Under the pieces are notes generated by a model. That model made no database searches. It was not told where the DNA came from and saw only the letters and a program-made list of their open reading frames with translations. Of a stretch of 38,934 nucleotides of DNA, positions 36,993 through 38,934 are shown in pieces. Numbering within the stretch: the stretch's first letter is position 1; every line of letters starts with the position of its first letter. The position numbers were made by a program, and so were the translations under genes. The stretch lies in assembly GCA_963769935.1 (NCBI GenBank), contig CAVYNY010000026.1, positions 1 to 38,934 on the forward strand, in the 5' to 3' direction. This DNA comes from an uncultured delta proteobacterium. Its GTDB lineage: Bacteria > Desulfobacterota > Desulfobacteria > Desulfobacterales > JAFDCJ01.

Positions 36993-38933
36993 CTATACTT
37001 CCTGCACCACCTTTTTCAGATAAATCACCGCCGGCTTGGTATTCAAATAGCCGATGGCCTGATAGGCCCGGGGACCTTCAACCAATTTTCGCACGCGACT
37101 TTGCTTGTCCATCAAATTGCCGAAAACGAGCGCCTGGGTGGGGCAGGTCTGCACACAGGCCGGCGTCACCTCGCCGTCCCGGATCATGCGTTTTTCGTTC
37201 TTGGCGACATTGTGGGCGGCCTTGATGCGCTGAATGCAAAAGGAACATTTTTCCATTACGCCTTTGCTGCGCACGGTGACATCCGGGTTCAGCTGCAGGT
37301 TCAGCGGTGCCGGCCACTTCCAGTCAAACCAGTTGAAACGCCGCACCTTGTAGGGACAATTCTGGCTGCAAAAACGGGTTCCGATGCAGCGGTTGTATAT
37401 CTGGTTGTTCAATCCCTCCTTTGAATGGTGCGGTGCATACACCGGGCAGACCGATTCGCAGGGTGCGTTGTCACAGTGCTGGCACAACATAGGCAAAAAT
37501 TTGACTTTTTCCATCGCATCTTCCGAGTGATACCGCTCAATGCTCAGCCAGGACATTTCGCGGCCTTCGAGAATGCGGTCCACCCCGACAACGCCAAGGT
37601 TGTTTTCCGCGTAGCAGGCCGCGGCGCAGGCGCCGCAGCCGATGCAGCGGTCCAGGTCGACCACCATTGACCAGCGGTAATTTACATGGTCGTGGGGCGG
37701 ATAAAAATCACGCTGGGGGTCATAGCCTTCCGGCAGCGGAAGGGTCAGCGGAAAATTTCCCATGGTCAGCCCGGTCTTGGGCGGTGGCGCTGATTCGGCT
37801 AGATCCGTGAGCTTAATCGAAAGCGCAAAAGTTCTGCCATGCTGGGTGCGGCTGCCGGATGTGCTGGCCAGCTTCATCGTGCGCCCTGTTTTTTTGACGG
37901 CAACTTGCGGCGCATTCAGGCCGGCTCCACCGGATTCCGGATCGGCGCCCCCTGCAAGCAGCCGCAGAGGGTTGCTTCCCGTTTCCCGGGCATATCTCCC
38001 ATAGGACGCGTGCCCCTGCCCGATGCTCATTACCAGCAAACCGGGCGTCACAAGTTCGGTAACATACACCGGTGCTTCCAGGCTGCCGAATTCGGTCCGA
38101 AGTTCAACGACATCTTTCTCTGCGATCCCTTTGGCCCCGGCCGTGGCGGGATGCATGCTGACCGGGGTTTGCCAGGCAACACGGGTCAACGGATCCGGAA
38201 CTTCACACAGCCACGGCCTATTGGCGCCGCGTCCGTCAAAAAAGCGGATGGACGGCATCGCCGTAAAGGCCAATTCCGATTTTGAGGGTTCCGGGCTTTG
38301 GCTCAGATTACTCTCCAGATTTTTGATGCGGGGCGCCTTTCTTGTTCTGGCCGGTTTGACCGACTGATCGAATTTGCCGCCCTGCTGGAGCGTTTGCACC
38401 CACAGGACTTCATCGCTAATGCCGCCCATTTCAGCCAGACCGGCAACAAGGTAGTCCTTGTAATTTTTAGCCGGCGGCTCTTTTTCGAAACCGACATACA
38501 GCATTACGTCTCCCACATGGGAAGCTTTGGTTATTTTGCCCATGGCCGGCTGCAGGGTGGACACCATGGGCCTTTTGCCGCCGTATTCATCCCAGCTCTC
38601 CAGGGGCATGCGAACCGGCAGAATCAGATCGGCCGATTCGGCTGTTTCGTCCATGAAGTTGCTGAAACACACGACAAATAGATTTTTGTCGTCGAGCGCT
38701 TCCCTTACGCTGTTGTCCGCCGGCAGACTGTAGACGGGATTGACATTGTTGAGCAGCAATAAGTCGGCGCCTTCCTGTTTCAGGGAATCAAAGAATTGCA
38801 GTATGTCGGATCTTTTGGCTGCCAGTTCAACCCGGTGCCGGCTGGTGAAATCTATCAGGCTCAGTTTTGGATCCAGCAGAAGATTGAGTAAATTTACGGC
38901 CAGATTGGTCTGCAATCCGTTGAGATTGGCATT
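36993..38933 (-). CDS. actB: ACIII subunit ActB (molybdopterin-oxidoreductase-like domain fused to Fe-S domain), 5' part outside window
   Basis: DETA..ADLILP...LESW, ANRPWLCEVPDP; CIGCGAC, CQHCDNAPCESVCP, CIGTRFCSQNCP, CSFC..CVQTCP; the frame stays open to the window edge. Confidence 0.9.
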   Translation of the reverse strand, partial: NANLNGLQTNLAVNLLNLLLDPKLSLIDFTSRHRVELAAKRSDILQFFDSLKQEGADLLLLNNVNPVYSLPADNSVREALDDKNLFVVCFSNFMDETAESADLILPVRMPLESWDEYGGKRPMVSTLQPAMGKITKASHVGDVMLYVGFEKEPPAKNYKDYLVAGLAEMGGISDEVLWVQTLQQGGKFDQSVKPARTRKAPRIKNLESNLSQSPEPSKSELAFTAMPSIRFFDGRGANRPWLCEVPDPLTRVAWQTPVSMHPATAGAKGIAEKDVVELRTEFGSLEAPVYVTELVTPGLLVMSIGQGHASYGRYARETGSNPLRLLAGGADPESGGAGLNAPQVAVKKTGRTMKLASTSGSRTQHGRTFALSIKLTDLAESAPPPKTGLTMGNFPLTLPLPEGYDPQRDFYPPHDHVNYRWSMVVDLDRCIGCGACAAACYAENNLGVVGVDRILEGREMSWLSIERYHSEDAMEKVKFLPMLCQHCDNAPCESVCPVYAPHHSKEGLNNQIYNRCIGTRFCSQNCPYKVRRFNWFDWKWPAPLNLQLNPDVTVRSKGVMEKCSFCIQRIKAAHNVAKNEKRMIRDGEVTPACVQTCPTQALVFGNLMDKQSRVRKLVEGPRAYQAIGYLNTKPAVIYLKKVVQEV

Positions 38934-38934
38934 G

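Noticed and set aside
34929..38933. Qrc complex (QrcABCD) of sulfate reducers
   Set aside because: The Mo-like and Fe-S domains are fused, and ActD, ActF and ActE-like genes are present, which fits ACIII.
1..38934. rRNA, tRNA, transposase/integrase, prophage or defence genes
   Set aside because: No recognisable motifs or cloverleaf structures seen by eye; small ncRNAs cannot be excluded without a covariance search.

Overview
Mostly core/metabolic DNA from a moderately GC-rich bacterium; gene content and intergenic repeats suggest Desulfobacterota/deltaproteobacteria (inference). Left to right: an ArsR regulator and the start of an SRPBCC-like gene; trpS; an atypical aconitase plus fumC; a DsbD_2/TauE-like gene divergent from a five-gene nosL-like/ABC/Cys-His membrane protein operon with no nosZ nearby; UbiA prenyltransferase and cytochrome b5-DUF2231 facing ubiE/menG; a prkA-yeaH-spoVR-prkA2 operon; DUF374, larA-like and LpxH-like genes; and a >12 kb minus-strand respiratory cluster joining alternative complex III (actB,C,D,F,A, actE-like) to an atypical cbb3-type oxidase. 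The oxidase has ccoN, a di-heme ccoO, ccoS, what looks like a stand-alone CcoP N-terminal anchor, an unknown small subunit and a ccoI Cu-ATPase. Four genes are broken by single-base indels, mostly insertions, which look like long-read sequencing errors. Intergenic DNA is rich in short-period inverted repeats. I saw no rRNA, tRNA, CRISPR array or transposase. The best novelty candidates are the ACIII/split-cbb3 module and the nosZ-independent NosL-ABC operon. All calls come from motif recognition; no database search was run.
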